The notes: a model not told the origin generated them from the letters alone. A DNA stretch of 36,456 bases from Spirosomataceae bacterium (GCA_025455785.1 JALOLV010000009.1:1-36456); one strand, 5' to 3'. Positions 22,682-32,761 are shown, counted from the stretch's first letter. A program made the numbers and translations.

Positions 22682-24791
22682 CGACCGAGGTTTTAATCTC
22701 GACCCATCTAGGATAAAGAATCCACGAATTACTTGCTCTCAAAAATGCCATCATTACCCGACTTACTTCCATAATTTGCCCTAAATCAAGTGTTACATCA
22801 AGGTCTTTGCCTTCAAGCCCCACCCATGTAGCCATATTTTTTTCTTCACCTCGCACCCCATTCGTCAAGCCGTATTTTTCGCCGCCTGTATATTTGAGCG
22901 GTTCATTAGCCATTTTGTATGTTTTGCCAGTAGATTTATTGATGAAGAAATATTTGTCTAATACTTTGCCTAATTTTTCGCCTTTTTCGTTGAATGCCGC
23001 ACTCCTGATTATCGCATCTTTTGTAAGTATTACTCCCTGATTCGGATTATAGGCCATTGATTTTGCGGTTGGTTCTGTACCATCGATTGTATATCTAATA
23101 AGTGCCTGATTATCAGTTGTTTTGAGTTTTACGGCAACTTGGCTTTTGGCATTGAGCGATGAACTTGCCGAAATATCATAGTAGCTTTTGGCAAAGTTTA
23201 TTCCCATATTTTGCATTCTTTCAAACTGAACTTTTAGGCGACTCGAAAAATCGGCGAAGTTTTTTTGCTCTGGTTGCGACCAACCTATTTCGGCAATCGC
23301 TGTGGCCCTCGGAAACGCCATGTATTCGAGTTTTTCAGGTGTTTTTATATATTCTGTCCAGATATTCCCTTGCACACCCAAAATACGCTTTGCTTGCTCG
23401 GCCGATAATTCTTTTGGCATTGGTTCGTAGCTGTAAACTTTTTCGAGTGGGAGATACCCCCCAATGGCGAGTGGCTCAGATGCTGGATTTGACTGATAAT
23501 AATCAAGATAACAATGGCTGGTTGGTGTCATAATGGCATCGTGGTTTTGTTTAGCAGCAGCAACACCCCCTTCGATTCCCCTCCATGACATAATTGTTGC
23601 GTTTGGCGAAATTCCACCTTCGAGGATTTCATCCCAACCAATCATCTTGCGACCTTTTGAAGTAATAAATTTATCAATTCTCTTGATAAAATAACTTTGC
23701 AATTCGTGTTCGTCTTTCAATCCTTCTTTTTTCATTAAATCCTGACAAAACTTGCTTTCTTTCCAAGTTGTTTTTGGACATTCATCGCCTCCAATATGAA
23801 TATATTTGCTTGGGAATAAGTCAATTACCTCGGTCAGCACATTTTCTAAAAACTCAAATGTTTTGTCGTATGGACAAAAAACATCGTCATGTACGCCCCA
23901 TGTACCCGTAACTTCATAGCCCGAACCTTTACAGCCTAATTCAGGATAAGCTGCAAGTGCTGCCAAAGCATGACCCGGCATTTCGATTTCTGGAATTACA
24001 TTGATGTATTTTGATTGAGCATACCGAATCACTTCCTTGATTTCTTCTTGCGTGTAATATCCACCGTAGGGCGTGCCATCATAACGCTGTTCAGAATAAT
24101 GCCCCTCCATTGTTTGTTTGCGTTTTGAGCCAATGGCGGTGAGTTGAGGATATTTTTTTATTTCAATTCGCCATCCTTGGTCTTCGGTCAAGTGCCAATG
24201 AAACTGATTAAATTTGTGCATTGCCATGATGTCGATAAATTTTTTAATGTAATCAGTCGTATAAAAATGACGACCCACATCGAGCATCAATCCACGATAG
24301 GCATAGCGGGGTGCATCGTTGATGATTCCGCATGGTATGGTCCATTTGGTATTTGGAGTAGTCGAAGAACTATAAATGCTTGTTGGTAAAATCTGCAATA
24401 ACGTTTGATACCCATAAAATAGCCCTTTGGTGGTTGATGCCGTAATCGAAATAGCACTTTTTGAAACATTTATGGTGTATCCTTCTTCGGGAATCTTTGA
24501 GTTTTTATCTAAACTGAATGCTACTCCGGTAGAGAGTTGTCCACTTTTATTTGGGTCATAGGTTTCGATATTGAGTTGGAAGCCAGTGGCAACCATTACT
24601 CTCTCTGAAAGTAGTTCGGCAATTGCATTTATTTCATTATTGCCTTGCGGAATCAGGATTTTAGCCTTGTCGGTCAGAGTAAATAAACCACTTTGAGGAG
24701 TTATTTTGGTGGGTTTAGGGATAATATTGTAGGTTTGTTGCCCTACGGAGACAATCGAACATATCAAAATAAGAAATATGACTTTTTTCAT
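22608..24791 (-). CDS. GH20 beta-N-acetylhexosaminidase with a C-terminal discoidin domain; the 3' end is interrupted by a frameshift
   Basis: Signal peptide plus the GH20 motifs RGLMLDVGRHF, FHWHLTEDQGWR, HIGGDECPK and MSWRG. The discoidin domain begins at YTGGEKYGLTNG and is cut off at ...AIRPENSAN*. Confidence 0.9.
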   Translation of the reverse strand: MKKVIFLILICSIVSVGQQTYNIIPKPTKITPQSGLFTLTDKAKILIPQGNNEINAIAELLSERVMVATGFQLNIETYDPNKSGQLSTGVAFSLDKNSKIPEEGYTINVSKSAISITASTTKGLFYGYQTLLQILPTSIYSSSTTPNTKWTIPCGIINDAPRYAYRGLMLDVGRHFYTTDYIKKFIDIMAMHKFNQFHWHLTEDQGWRIEIKKYPQLTAIGSKRKQTMEGHYSEQRYDGTPYGGYYTQEEIKEVIRYAQSKYINVIPEIEMPGHALAALAAYPELGCKGSGYEVTGTWGVHDDVFCPYDKTFEFLENVLTEVIDLFPSKYIHIGGDECPKTTWKESKFCQDLMKKEGLKDEHELQSYFIKRIDKFITSKGRKMIGWDEILEGGISPNATIMSWRGIEGGVAAAKQNHDAIMTPTSHCYLDYYQSNPASEPLAIGGYLPLEKVYSYEPMPKELSAEQAKRILGVQGNIWTEYIKTPEKLEYMAFPRATAIAEIGWSQPEQKNFADFSSRLKVQFERMQNMGINFAKSYYDISASSSLNAKSQVAVKLKTTDNQALIRYTIDGTEPTAKSMAYNPNQGVILTKDAIIRSAAFNEKGEKLGKVLDKYFFINKSTGKTYKMANEPLKYTGGEKYGLTNGVRGEEKNMATWVGLEGKDLDVTLDLGQIMEVSRVMMAFLRASNSWILYPRWVEIKTSVDGKNFETAQKIDIDNAIRPENSAN

Positions 24792-24876
24792 TAGAGTTTT
24801 GTTTTGGGATGAATCTGCAATATTGACGTTTTGGTTTTTAACGCCAATATTAATTAAAAATTTTGTAATTGATTTT

Positions 24877-25272
24877 CTAATTGTTTGGAATCATTAAGTT
24901 GAATGGATAAAAAGGCAGATTTCGTAATATCATAAAAACTAAAAGTAGAAAAATGAATCCCCACATGAATACTGGTTTTTGGATAAATTCGATTGCTTTT
25001 TTTTGATTGATTATTTCGGCAGTCAGGATGATTGTAATGATTGGTAGAATCAGATAAATCAAAATATTATTCTGCAATGCTTCGCTAAACCTACCGTGAA
25101 GCAACGAATGAAAGGCTCGCTGACCACCGCATCCAAAACAATAGAGCCCCGTTGTTTTGTGCAAGATACATGCGGGAGTAAAATGGCTTTTGGATGGATT
25201 AACGACAAAATAAAAAGCAGTGATAGCAAATGCTACCACTGCCAGTATGATTTTATATAAATTATTCGGCAC
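24877..25272 (-). CDS. DUF2752-family membrane protein
   Basis: The motif CILHKTTGLYCFGCGGQRAFHSLLHG matches the DUF2752 C-x(n)-G-x-x-C-x-G-C-G-x-x-R signature, and several TM helices follow. The GTG start at 25272 overlaps the RDD gene by 11 nt. Confidence 0.75.
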   Translation of the reverse strand: MPNNLYKIILAVVAFAITAFYFVVNPSKSHFTPACILHKTTGLYCFGCGGQRAFHSLLHGRFSEALQNNILIYLILPIITIILTAEIINQKKAIEFIQKPVFMWGFIFLLLVFMILRNLPFYPFNLMIPNN

Positions 25273-25744
25273 TTACAACCAAGGTTTTTCCTGCCATATC
25301 GTGCAGAGATTGTTCTTTTTTATTGAATAGAGTGATGAGAAAGCCTATAAAACAAATACCTGAGATGAGCGATTTTACGATGGTTCGGATAATGGCGTCT
25401 GTTACTGAAAGTTGGCTTCCGTCTTCTTTTACAACCTTGATTTTCATTGCGATTTTGCCAATTGTACCTTGTCTTGCCGACGAAATCATTAATACTTCGT
25501 ATGCAATTACTGCTACTACAGAAATGAAATAAAAAAGCATTAAACCACCAGTGGCTGCTACTGCGGTTGCGGCGGTTTCTTCTTCGGTCATTGTGCCGTC
25601 TAATGCACCAGAACCAGCCATCGAGGCAAATATTCCACCAAAAAAGACAGACAGGATGATTCCTAATACAATACTCAATAGAATACCATCAATAAGGTAG
25701 GCAACTAAACGCTTACCGAAGCCAGCGAGTTGGAGATTTTCCAT
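25262..25744 (-). CDS. RDD-family membrane protein
   Basis: AGFGKRLVAYLIDGILLSIV ... SARQGTIGKIAMKIKVV ... HDMAGKTLVV is the typical RDD layout. I prefer the ATG at 25744 over the TTG at 25753. Confidence 0.8.
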   Translation of the reverse strand: MENLQLAGFGKRLVAYLIDGILLSIVLGIILSVFFGGIFASMAGSGALDGTMTEEETAATAVAATGGLMLFYFISVVAVIAYEVLMISSARQGTIGKIAMKIKVVKEDGSQLSVTDAIIRTIVKSLISGICFIGFLITLFNKKEQSLHDMAGKTLVVSAE

Positions 25745-25847
25745 AAATAACAAGGTGTTTTAGGGTTTAAAATTTAATTTATAGCTACAATTAAGTTATT
25801 CCATTTGAGAATTGCAATCAATTCGCTTAAAAAGTTATTAAATGGCT

Positions 25848-26699
25848 TTAGAGTTTAATCTTCCTAAAAACATCGATATAACTCCGTTTACTGGCATTGA
25901 TGACATCAACCTTTCGGTATTCGGCATAACGAGCAAGTACTTCATAGCCTTTAAATGCTTTGTGAAGAGACAGAAACTGCCGAGCCATGTAGGATTTATT
26001 TTTGGGCATTAATTTATTGATTTCATACGTTTTGGTGCCATAAAAGTGTGAGTCATCGGCCACAATCTCATTATCATCGTTTAGTCTAATGGTTTCGTGC
26101 CAAGTGTGGTCGGCTCCCAAAACATAGATTTCCTTGTATTTTAGATTTATACACCTGAAGATTGAAGCCACCAACACATTCTGAGACTGGGGCATTCCGA
26201 GTTCGTTTTTATAAAACCAAAATTTCAGAGAGTCGAGCCCGTCAAGAATCACATAATTGAAATAAATTACTTTAATATTTGGATTTTTGGCAATACTCTC
26301 TACAAAATAACTCGATTTTTTGAATTTAAACGGTACAAATAGATTAAGCTCCCAATCGGTATCGTCAACCAGATGCACAATGGCTTTGCTGGCTCTTTCG
26401 TGGTTTGGTTCTGTGAAAGCATTATCAAGAAGTAGATAATTATTGGGTTTTAATTGCTTATAATAAGTTGAGGCTGAAAATACATTGACACAAAAAATAT
26501 CGTGTTTTTTTATGAATTCGAGGTGATTTTGAAGTGAATCATTCAGCGATGGCCCATTTCCCAAAATAACGCAACTTCTTGAATTGGTTTTGTGGTTTGT
26601 AACTTTGAATTTTGAAAACGCAATTACTTTGCAAATAGCTATGATGCTATTGAATAGATTCGAGATGAAATCTTTTAAGTCGAGAATTTTTTGAACCAA
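25848..26699 (-). CDS. Hypothetical protein with a GNGPS motif (possibly DUF115/MptE-like or sialyltransferase-like fold)
   Basis: CVILGNGPSLNDSL...IFCVN resembles the GNGPS motif of DUF115/MptE-like proteins and GT42 sialyltransferases. The only start in frame is a TTG at 26699, 29 nt downstream of the recQ stop. Confidence 0.55.
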   Translation of the reverse strand: MVQKILDLKDFISNLFNSIIAICKVIAFSKFKVTNHKTNSRSCVILGNGPSLNDSLQNHLEFIKKHDIFCVNVFSASTYYKQLKPNNYLLLDNAFTEPNHERASKAIVHLVDDTDWELNLFVPFKFKKSSYFVESIAKNPNIKVIYFNYVILDGLDSLKFWFYKNELGMPQSQNVLVASIFRCINLKYKEIYVLGADHTWHETIRLNDDNEIVADDSHFYGTKTYEINKLMPKNKSYMARQFLSLHKAFKGYEVLARYAEYRKVDVINASKRSYIDVFRKIKL

Positions 26700-26728
26700 T
26701 TTTTTATGATTTTTAAAACAATTACAAT

Positions 26729-28873
26729 TTATCCATTTTTATCCCAAATTGCCAAAGCCAATCTAATTTTATCGTAGCCGTATTCTTCATTGAGTGCTTC
26801 AAATAAAGGTTTTAAGGCATCGCCCTTATTCATACCTAACTCCAAAGCCATATCGACAATGGCGTCGTATTCTTGTTGCGAAATCAGTTTTGTAATATCG
26901 ACATCGTGGCCATCTTCGCTTAATTTTATCAAATGATTGGCAATTGATGAAGGTTGAAGGTTTCTTCGGGTTGCAATTTCTTCAATTGAGAGTCCTTTTT
27001 TATACAAATCCAGCGTTTCGATATACGTTGAGCCATTGGCAACTCTCGCAACTCCTTTGGCGTTGTTATCTCTGATAAAATCAAGGACTTCGTTCAAAAA
27101 TACTTCTCCAAACTGTTTGTATTTGGCGTCGCTCACACCCGAAACCTGTAACATCTGATAACGACTGATTGGTTTTTTCTGAGCCATTTCCGAAATTGTA
27201 GCGTCTGAAAATACCAAAAATGGTGGAATGCTCAATTTATCAGCCAATTGTTTGCGTAGCAATCGTAATTTTTCAAACAAAGCATCTCTAATGACCTCTC
27301 TTTTCGATTTCTCTTTCGGGTTTTCGGCATCTTGTCTTGCTTTTTTGGTATCGTAAGGTTCAAATTTGACCAGTTCTACCCCTTGTTCACCTTTCAAGAC
27401 AGACCACGAATAATTATTGAGTTTGAATGAATGGTGGTCGTCGTAGGCAATATCCATGACACCCATATTCAACATTTGGGTAAGGTATTCGGCCCATTCT
27501 TCACCTTTCAAATCACGACCTGCTCCAAAAGTACGGATTTGGTGGTAATTTCGTTCCAGAACGTTTCGGTTCTGTGAACCCCTCAAAATATCAATCAACA
27601 TTCCCATCGCAACTTTTTCTTCGGTTCGGGCAATTGCCGATAGGGCTTTTTGGGCAATGGTGGTGGCATCAAATCTTTGTCTTGGATTACGGCAAACATC
27701 ACAATTACCACAATCCTCTCGGATTTCCTCGTTAAAATAACTCAAAAGAATTCTTCTTCGACAAATATCGGCCTCTGCGTATTGTTTTAAGCGGGTCAAT
27801 TTGGCTGTCTGAACTTCTTTCATTTCTTCGGGAAGTTCCGAATCAGTAATCATTTTTGTACGAATAATCACATCTCCGTAACCATAAAAAAGTAGCGTAT
27901 CGGCTTTTAGTCCGTCTCGACCTGCCCGCCCAATCTCTTGATAAAAACTTTCGACATTAGAAGGTAAATTGTAATGAATGATAAACCTAACATTTGATTT
28001 ATCGATTCCCATCCCGAAGGCAATTGTTGCCACTATGACCTGCAAATCATCATTAATGAATGAATCCTGCACTTTTTCGCGGGTTTCTGCAATGAGACCT
28101 GCATGATAATGGGCCGCTCGGATACCGACTCTTTGTAAAGCAAGAGCAACGTCTTCGGTAGCATTTCGACTTAAACAATAAATGATTCCCGACTGATTTG
28201 GTCTTTCTTTAATGAAATTCTCAATGATTCGAGTTCGATTTCGAGACGGTAGAACATTGAGCGAAAGGTTTGGTCTATCAAACGAAGAAGTGAAGGTTGG
28301 GGCGTCGGGGATTCCCAACTGAGTTAAAATATCTTTACGTGTAACCTTATCGGCAGTAGCTGTTAGTGCAACAATCGGAACACTCGGAAAATTTGCCTTT
28401 AAGGCCTTTAGTTGAGTATATTCAGGCCTAAAATCATGCCCCCAAATCGAAACACAATGCGATTCATCAACGGCAAAAAGGTTGACTTTTAGTGATTTAA
28501 TAAAGTTTAGATAATTGCCCGAGAGCAGTTTCTCAGGTGATATATACAAGAGTTTTAGTTCGCCCAGTTTTGCTTTCCATTCTATGCTTGATTGTTCACT
28601 GCCAGTCAATGTAGAATTGATGTATGCAGCCGAGATTCCGTTGGCTACTAATCCCTGAACTTGGTCTTTCATCAGGGCAATCAATGGAGAAATCACTACC
28701 GTAAGGCCATCCATTAATAACGCTGGAATCTGAAAACATAGTGATTTTCCGCCGCCGGTAGGCATCAAAACCATACAATCATTTTTGGCTAAAATTGTGT
28801 CTATAATCTCGGATTGTAGCGGTCTGAATTTATCGTAACCAAAATACTTTTTTAATGCTTGCTCTTTGGTCAT
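26729..28873 (-). CDS. recQ: ATP-dependent DNA helicase RecQ
   Basis: FGYDKFRPLQSEII, Walker A MPTGGGKSLCFQIPAL, the DExH box FAVDESHCVSIWGHDFRPEY, ATIAFGMGIDKSNVRFIIHYNLP, QEIGRAGRDG, the Zn-finger cysteines CRR...CGNCDVC, and RQC/HRDC plus a C-terminal HTH extension. Confidence 0.95.
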   Translation of the reverse strand: MTKEQALKKYFGYDKFRPLQSEIIDTILAKNDCMVLMPTGGGKSLCFQIPALLMDGLTVVISPLIALMKDQVQGLVANGISAAYINSTLTGSEQSSIEWKAKLGELKLLYISPEKLLSGNYLNFIKSLKVNLFAVDESHCVSIWGHDFRPEYTQLKALKANFPSVPIVALTATADKVTRKDILTQLGIPDAPTFTSSFDRPNLSLNVLPSRNRTRIIENFIKERPNQSGIIYCLSRNATEDVALALQRVGIRAAHYHAGLIAETREKVQDSFINDDLQVIVATIAFGMGIDKSNVRFIIHYNLPSNVESFYQEIGRAGRDGLKADTLLFYGYGDVIIRTKMITDSELPEEMKEVQTAKLTRLKQYAEADICRRRILLSYFNEEIREDCGNCDVCRNPRQRFDATTIAQKALSAIARTEEKVAMGMLIDILRGSQNRNVLERNYHQIRTFGAGRDLKGEEWAEYLTQMLNMGVMDIAYDDHHSFKLNNYSWSVLKGEQGVELVKFEPYDTKKARQDAENPKEKSKREVIRDALFEKLRLLRKQLADKLSIPPFLVFSDATISEMAQKKPISRYQMLQVSGVSDAKYKQFGEVFLNEVLDFIRDNNAKGVARVANGSTYIETLDLYKKGLSIEEIATRRNLQPSSIANHLIKLSEDGHDVDITKLISQQEYDAIVDMALELGMNKGDALKPLFEALNEEYGYDKIRLALAIWDKNG

Positions 28874-28914
28874 TTGTGAGTTTGTATAGAGAATTATTCA
28901 AAAAACTCTCAAAA

Positions 28915-29640
28915 TTACATCAAATCGAACAAATTACTAACACCCATCATTTTACTTTTTGTAAATCCTTCTCCGTATTTTGTTCCAATTTGGTGTCCCA
29001 GTTCTTTGGCACGAGATTCTACAAACTCCAAAAATTCAGGCGATGATAAATAACTTTGAGGTTCGGTGCTGTTAGGGTCATAGAATTGACTCTTAAATGC
29101 CCTGATTGCGGCCTCTTTTATATCCCAAAACGCTGTAATATCAACAACAAAATCAGGTTTAATGTAACGGTCTTGAATATAATGATACAGTGCTTTTGGT
29201 CGCCAAGCTGTTTGTGGAGTGCCGTCTTTTTCAAAGGTTGGAATCATTCTTAACCCCGAAAAAAAACAAGCATCAATTGCCAATGCCGCACCTTTTCCGT
29301 GGTCGGGGTGGCGGTCTTCGACAGCATTCGCCAAAACGATTTCTGGCTGATACCTCCTAATGACCTGAATTAGTTTCATCTGGTGGTCTTCATCATTCCT
29401 AAAAAAAGCATCTCTGAATTCAAGGTTTTCGCGAGCATGAATCCCCATGATTTTAGTTGCATCTGCCGATTCGGCCAATCGGATTTCGGGTGTACCTCTG
29501 GTTCCGAGTTCGCCACGTGTAAAATCTACTATCCCAACTTTTTTTCCTTGTGCAATATGTGAAGCGATTGTTCCCGAACAGCCCAATTCGGCATCGTCGG
29601 GATGGGCCGCCATGACCAATATATCTAATTTTTGTATCAT
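28915..29640 (-). CDS. bshB1: Bacillithiol biosynthesis deacetylase BshB1 (LmbE/PIG-L family)
   Basis: AHPDDAELGCSGT, TRGELGTRG, DRHPDHG and the SQFYDP motifs are typical of BshB1-annotated LmbE-family proteins in Bacteroidetes. Confidence 0.8.
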   Translation of the reverse strand: MIQKLDILVMAAHPDDAELGCSGTIASHIAQGKKVGIVDFTRGELGTRGTPEIRLAESADATKIMGIHARENLEFRDAFFRNDEDHQMKLIQVIRRYQPEIVLANAVEDRHPDHGKGAALAIDACFFSGLRMIPTFEKDGTPQTAWRPKALYHYIQDRYIKPDFVVDITAFWDIKEAAIRAFKSQFYDPNSTEPQSYLSSPEFLEFVESRAKELGHQIGTKYGEGFTKSKMMGVSNLFDLM

Positions 29641-29678
29641 TTATTCTAAATATATTTTAGGAGAAGTTAGTTAATAAA

Positions 29679-29711
29679 TAAAAAAAAACGGCGTGAAAAA
29701 GTTCACACCGT
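29679..29711 (-). terminator. Rho-independent terminator after the M23/LysM peptidase gene
   Basis: On the minus-strand RNA, ACGGUGUGAA-CUUU-UUCACGCCGU (10 bp, one G-U wobble only on the minus strand) is followed by a run of U. Confidence 0.7.
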
Positions 29712-29765
29712 AAATATTATCTTACCAAATCAGCGGAATCATTGGGAAACAATGAAATCAAAAAT

Positions 29766-30893
29766 TTATTTAACTCTCAAACGATAACCAGTACGAAGAC
29801 GTGTTGAAGGTCTTATTTTATTGAGTTTACAAAGCTCTGCAATTGTTGTATTGTTTCGGCTTGCAATTTCGGAAAGGGTGTCTCCTGAGCGAACACGAAT
29901 CCAGTGTTTTTGAACTATATTGGTGGGAACTTCTTCTTCAAATTCAAAATCATTCTTCGATGTACCGCCTCTTAGGTAATCATATACACGAGAAGTCATT
30001 AAAAACTCTTGCGTAAGTATATTGATTTGAGAAGGTGCAAACTGGAATATATTGGTTGGGTCGAATGGGTTTCCTTCGTAGCGGGTTTCAAAGTGAAGGT
30101 GAGGCCCAGAACTTCTACCTGTGCTACCTCCAAGACCGATTTCGTCTCCTGCTTTTACGATTGTACCAGACTCGAAGTTGATTTTTGAAAGGTGGCCATA
30201 AAGTGTTTCAAGACCATTATAGTGGCGAACAACCACACAACGTCCATATCCATTCGCCCATCCGGCAACTCTGACGATTCCATCAAAAGTTGCAAAAATT
30301 GGGTCTCCAGTTTCTAAATCAAGGTCAATACCCGTATGCCAACGCCTCGAACGCCATCCAAAACGTGAGTTTACAATACCTTTATTCATCGGGCCAGCCC
30401 AGTAGCGTCCTTGCGAAATATCATAGAGCTGAATCGGAACAACGTCTTCGTAGTCTTTGGCATCAATGCCGTAAGGGTCAATGTGCTTGCTATCCCAAAC
30501 CGAGAAATACGATGCGATTTTTACCATGTCTTCGCTGCCTGCAAATTGAGCTTCCTCTTCGATTTCAACAACTTGTACTTGTCCTTCGTCGATTGTACTC
30601 GTATCTTCGTGTACTACTGCATTCAGCTCTTTGATTGGTTCAATCTTTGGAGCCGGGGCGGCATCTTGTACTTTTACGGGTTCAAATTCGGTCGAAAAAC
30701 GCAACTTTGGTTCTTCTTCAAAAGAAAACTCTTCGTCTTCTTTTTTGATTGGTTTATTAAGATTCTTGTCTTTTAGTTTCTCCTTTTGAGAAGTAGGAAT
30801 ATCAGTACTTTTGATTTTTCCTCGTTCTTTTTGGGCAAAAGCCCCCGTCGTTACAGTTACTGCAAAAGCAATTAGTAAAACCTTCTTCTTCAT
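29766..30893 (-). CDS. M23-family metallopeptidase with a C-terminal LysM domain
   Basis: HTGIDLDL...GYGRCVVVRHYNGLETLYGHL...GGSTGRSSGPHLHFE (M23 HxxxD and HxH motifs). The LysM domain is IRVRSGDTLSEIASRNNTTIAELCKLNKI. The ATG at 30893 gives the signal peptide MKKKVLLIAFAVTVTTGAFAQ; the longer track ORF overlaps trxB and is unlikely. Confidence 0.9.
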   Translation of the reverse strand: MKKKVLLIAFAVTVTTGAFAQKERGKIKSTDIPTSQKEKLKDKNLNKPIKKEDEEFSFEEEPKLRFSTEFEPVKVQDAAPAPKIEPIKELNAVVHEDTSTIDEGQVQVVEIEEEAQFAGSEDMVKIASYFSVWDSKHIDPYGIDAKDYEDVVPIQLYDISQGRYWAGPMNKGIVNSRFGWRSRRWHTGIDLDLETGDPIFATFDGIVRVAGWANGYGRCVVVRHYNGLETLYGHLSKINFESGTIVKAGDEIGLGGSTGRSSGPHLHFETRYEGNPFDPTNIFQFAPSQINILTQEFLMTSRVYDYLRGGTSKNDFEFEEEVPTNIVQKHWIRVRSGDTLSEIASRNNTTIAELCKLNKIRPSTRLRTGYRLRVK

Positions 30894-31002
30894 ATTTTTT
30901 GGTTTTTGTGGATATTGAAAAGAATTATCCACAGATGAAACAAAAAACAAGCCAAAATTGATTAATCGGCTACACCAATACAATTTTAGGCATTTTATAT
31001 TG

Positions 31003-31947
31003 TTAATGCAAACCTTTCTCAGATAAATAACGCTCGGCATCGAGAGCTGCCATACATCCTGAACCAGCCGCCGTAACGGCTTGGCGATAAATTTTATCTT
31101 GAGCATCGCCACTCGCAAATACTCCTTCGATGTTAGTTCGGCTGCTACCTTTCTCGGTAACAATGTAGCCAGACTCATCAAGTGTAAGGTAATCGGCAAA
31201 GATGCCAGTATTGGGTTGATGACCGATTGCCACAAAGAAACCTGTTACATTGATTGTTGATTCTTCGCCAGTTTTATTGTTTTTGATTCTTGCACCATTT
31301 ACGCCATTTTCATCGCCGATAATCTCAATGGTTTCGGTATTGAATAGGATTTCGATGTTTGGTGTGTTCTTGACACGGTCTTGCATGATTTGAGATGCAC
31401 GGAATTCATCGCGACGAACAAGCATTGTTACTTTTTTGCAAAGTTTTGAAAGATAATGAGCTTCTTCGCAGGCAGTATCGCCAGCACCCACAATGGCAAC
31501 CTCTTGGCCACGGAAAAAGAAACCATCACAGACTGCACAAGCCGAAACCCCTTGACCGTTGAAATGTTGCTCAGATGGCAAACCGAGCCATTTTGCCGAT
31601 GCACCCGTTGAAATAATAACAGCGGATGTAGTGATTTCGTGTGTATCGTCAATGATTATTTTGTGAGCCGTTGGGTTTGAGAAATCTACTTTTGTTGCCA
31701 TTCCATAGCGGATTGAGGTCCCGAAACGTTCTGCTTGCTTGCGGAAATCTTCCATCATTTCTGGTCCCATGATACCATCTGGATACCCGGGGTAATTCTC
31801 AACGTCTGTTGTTATAGTTAGTTGCCCTCCGGGTTGAGCCCCTTGATAAAGTACTGGTTTTAGTCCTGCTCTTGCGGCATAAATCGCTGCTGTATAACCT
31901 GCTGGCCCTGAGCCAATTATTAATACGTTTACTTTTTCTTGTGTCAT
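31003..31947 (-). CDS. trxB: Thioredoxin-disulfide reductase
   Basis: FAD-binding site IIGSGPAGYTAAIYAARA, redox-active CAVC in SACAVCDGFFF, and NADPH site VGAGDTACEEA. I chose the ATG at 31947 (MTQEKVNVLIIGSGPAG). Confidence 0.95.
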   Translation of the reverse strand: MTQEKVNVLIIGSGPAGYTAAIYAARAGLKPVLYQGAQPGGQLTITTDVENYPGYPDGIMGPEMMEDFRKQAERFGTSIRYGMATKVDFSNPTAHKIIIDDTHEITTSAVIISTGASAKWLGLPSEQHFNGQGVSACAVCDGFFFRGQEVAIVGAGDTACEEAHYLSKLCKKVTMLVRRDEFRASQIMQDRVKNTPNIEILFNTETIEIIGDENGVNGARIKNNKTGEESTINVTGFFVAIGHQPNTGIFADYLTLDESGYIVTEKGSSRTNIEGVFASGDAQDKIYRQAVTAAGSGCMAALDAERYLSEKGLH

Positions 31948-32161
31948 TGTTATAAAAAGGTAATTGAACAAATCAGACCTTTCAGAACCTAAAATTGATA
32001 CTAAAGTCTAATTATCGAACAGCATTCTAAGCCGCAAAGTTCGCTAAAAATTTAGTAGGATAAAACCGTTTAATTGATTTTACTTTTTATTTATGGTACT
32101 AAAAATATTATTCGATAGCTTTATGTCTGTTATTCTAACCCCATATTAAAACGATTAAAAA

Positions 32162-32761
32162 ATGAAAAAATTACAATTTTTGTTGATAACAGTCTTGATT
32201 TCTACTGTTGCTTTTGGACAGCTTGCCAATGATAATTCGATGACTGTGATGGTTGATGGTAAAGAGTTTAAGACCCAACCTCGCCAAGTGAAGATTGGGA
32301 ATTACGCCTATTTAACCGGAAACGGCACAAGCCCCGATAAAATGCTCAGAATCTGGCTCGGTGATTTTTATGGACGCCCAGCCGTAGAAGCTGGTACTTA
32401 CTTGATTGTGAATGCTGATAGGCCCGATACCAAAGAAAATATCAAAAGGGCTCAAGATTTGGGTAAGTACAAAGGCATTGCGGCGATTCGCTATGTTGAA
32501 GAAACTCGCTCTCCACGAATGGAATACCACGTAGGAGATTCGCAAAATAATGCCGATGAGACCCTCGAAGTAAAAGTGGGCTCGGATGGGTTTATGGAGG
32601 TTAGGTTTGGTGCTTGTACACTCGAAGGTACTTATTGGAAAGAAAAAGCAGGTGCAACGGTTTTGGGTGGAGTAGGACGATTGACCGATAAACTGCGTGA
32701 CAAAGTGGTAACTTCGGCTACTGGATTCGACCAAGATATTGACCCCGAAGGCAGGGGGTGA
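32162..32761 (+). CDS. Secreted hypothetical protein
   Basis: Signal peptide MKKLQFLLITVLISTVAFGQ. I recognise no domain. Confidence 0.6.
   Translation: MKKLQFLLITVLISTVAFGQLANDNSMTVMVDGKEFKTQPRQVKIGNYAYLTGNGTSPDKMLRIWLGDFYGRPAVEAGTYLIVNADRPDTKENIKRAQDLGKYKGIAAIRYVEETRSPRMEYHVGDSQNNADETLEVKVGSDGFMEVRFGACTLEGTYWKEKAGATVLGGVGRLTDKLRDKVVTSATGFDQDIDPEGRG

Noticed and set aside
30907-30933. Hairpin TGTGGATA-N11-TATCCACA between trxB and the M23 peptidase gene.
   Set aside because: The stem is only 8 bp, with no U-tract on the minus strand. I cannot distinguish it from chance in AT-rich DNA. It may be a minor 5'-UTR structure.
30894-31235. 5' extension of the M23 peptidase ORF (track start 31235).
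   Set aside because: It overlaps the 3' end of trxB on the same strand in another frame. The ATG at 30893 yields a proper signal peptide.
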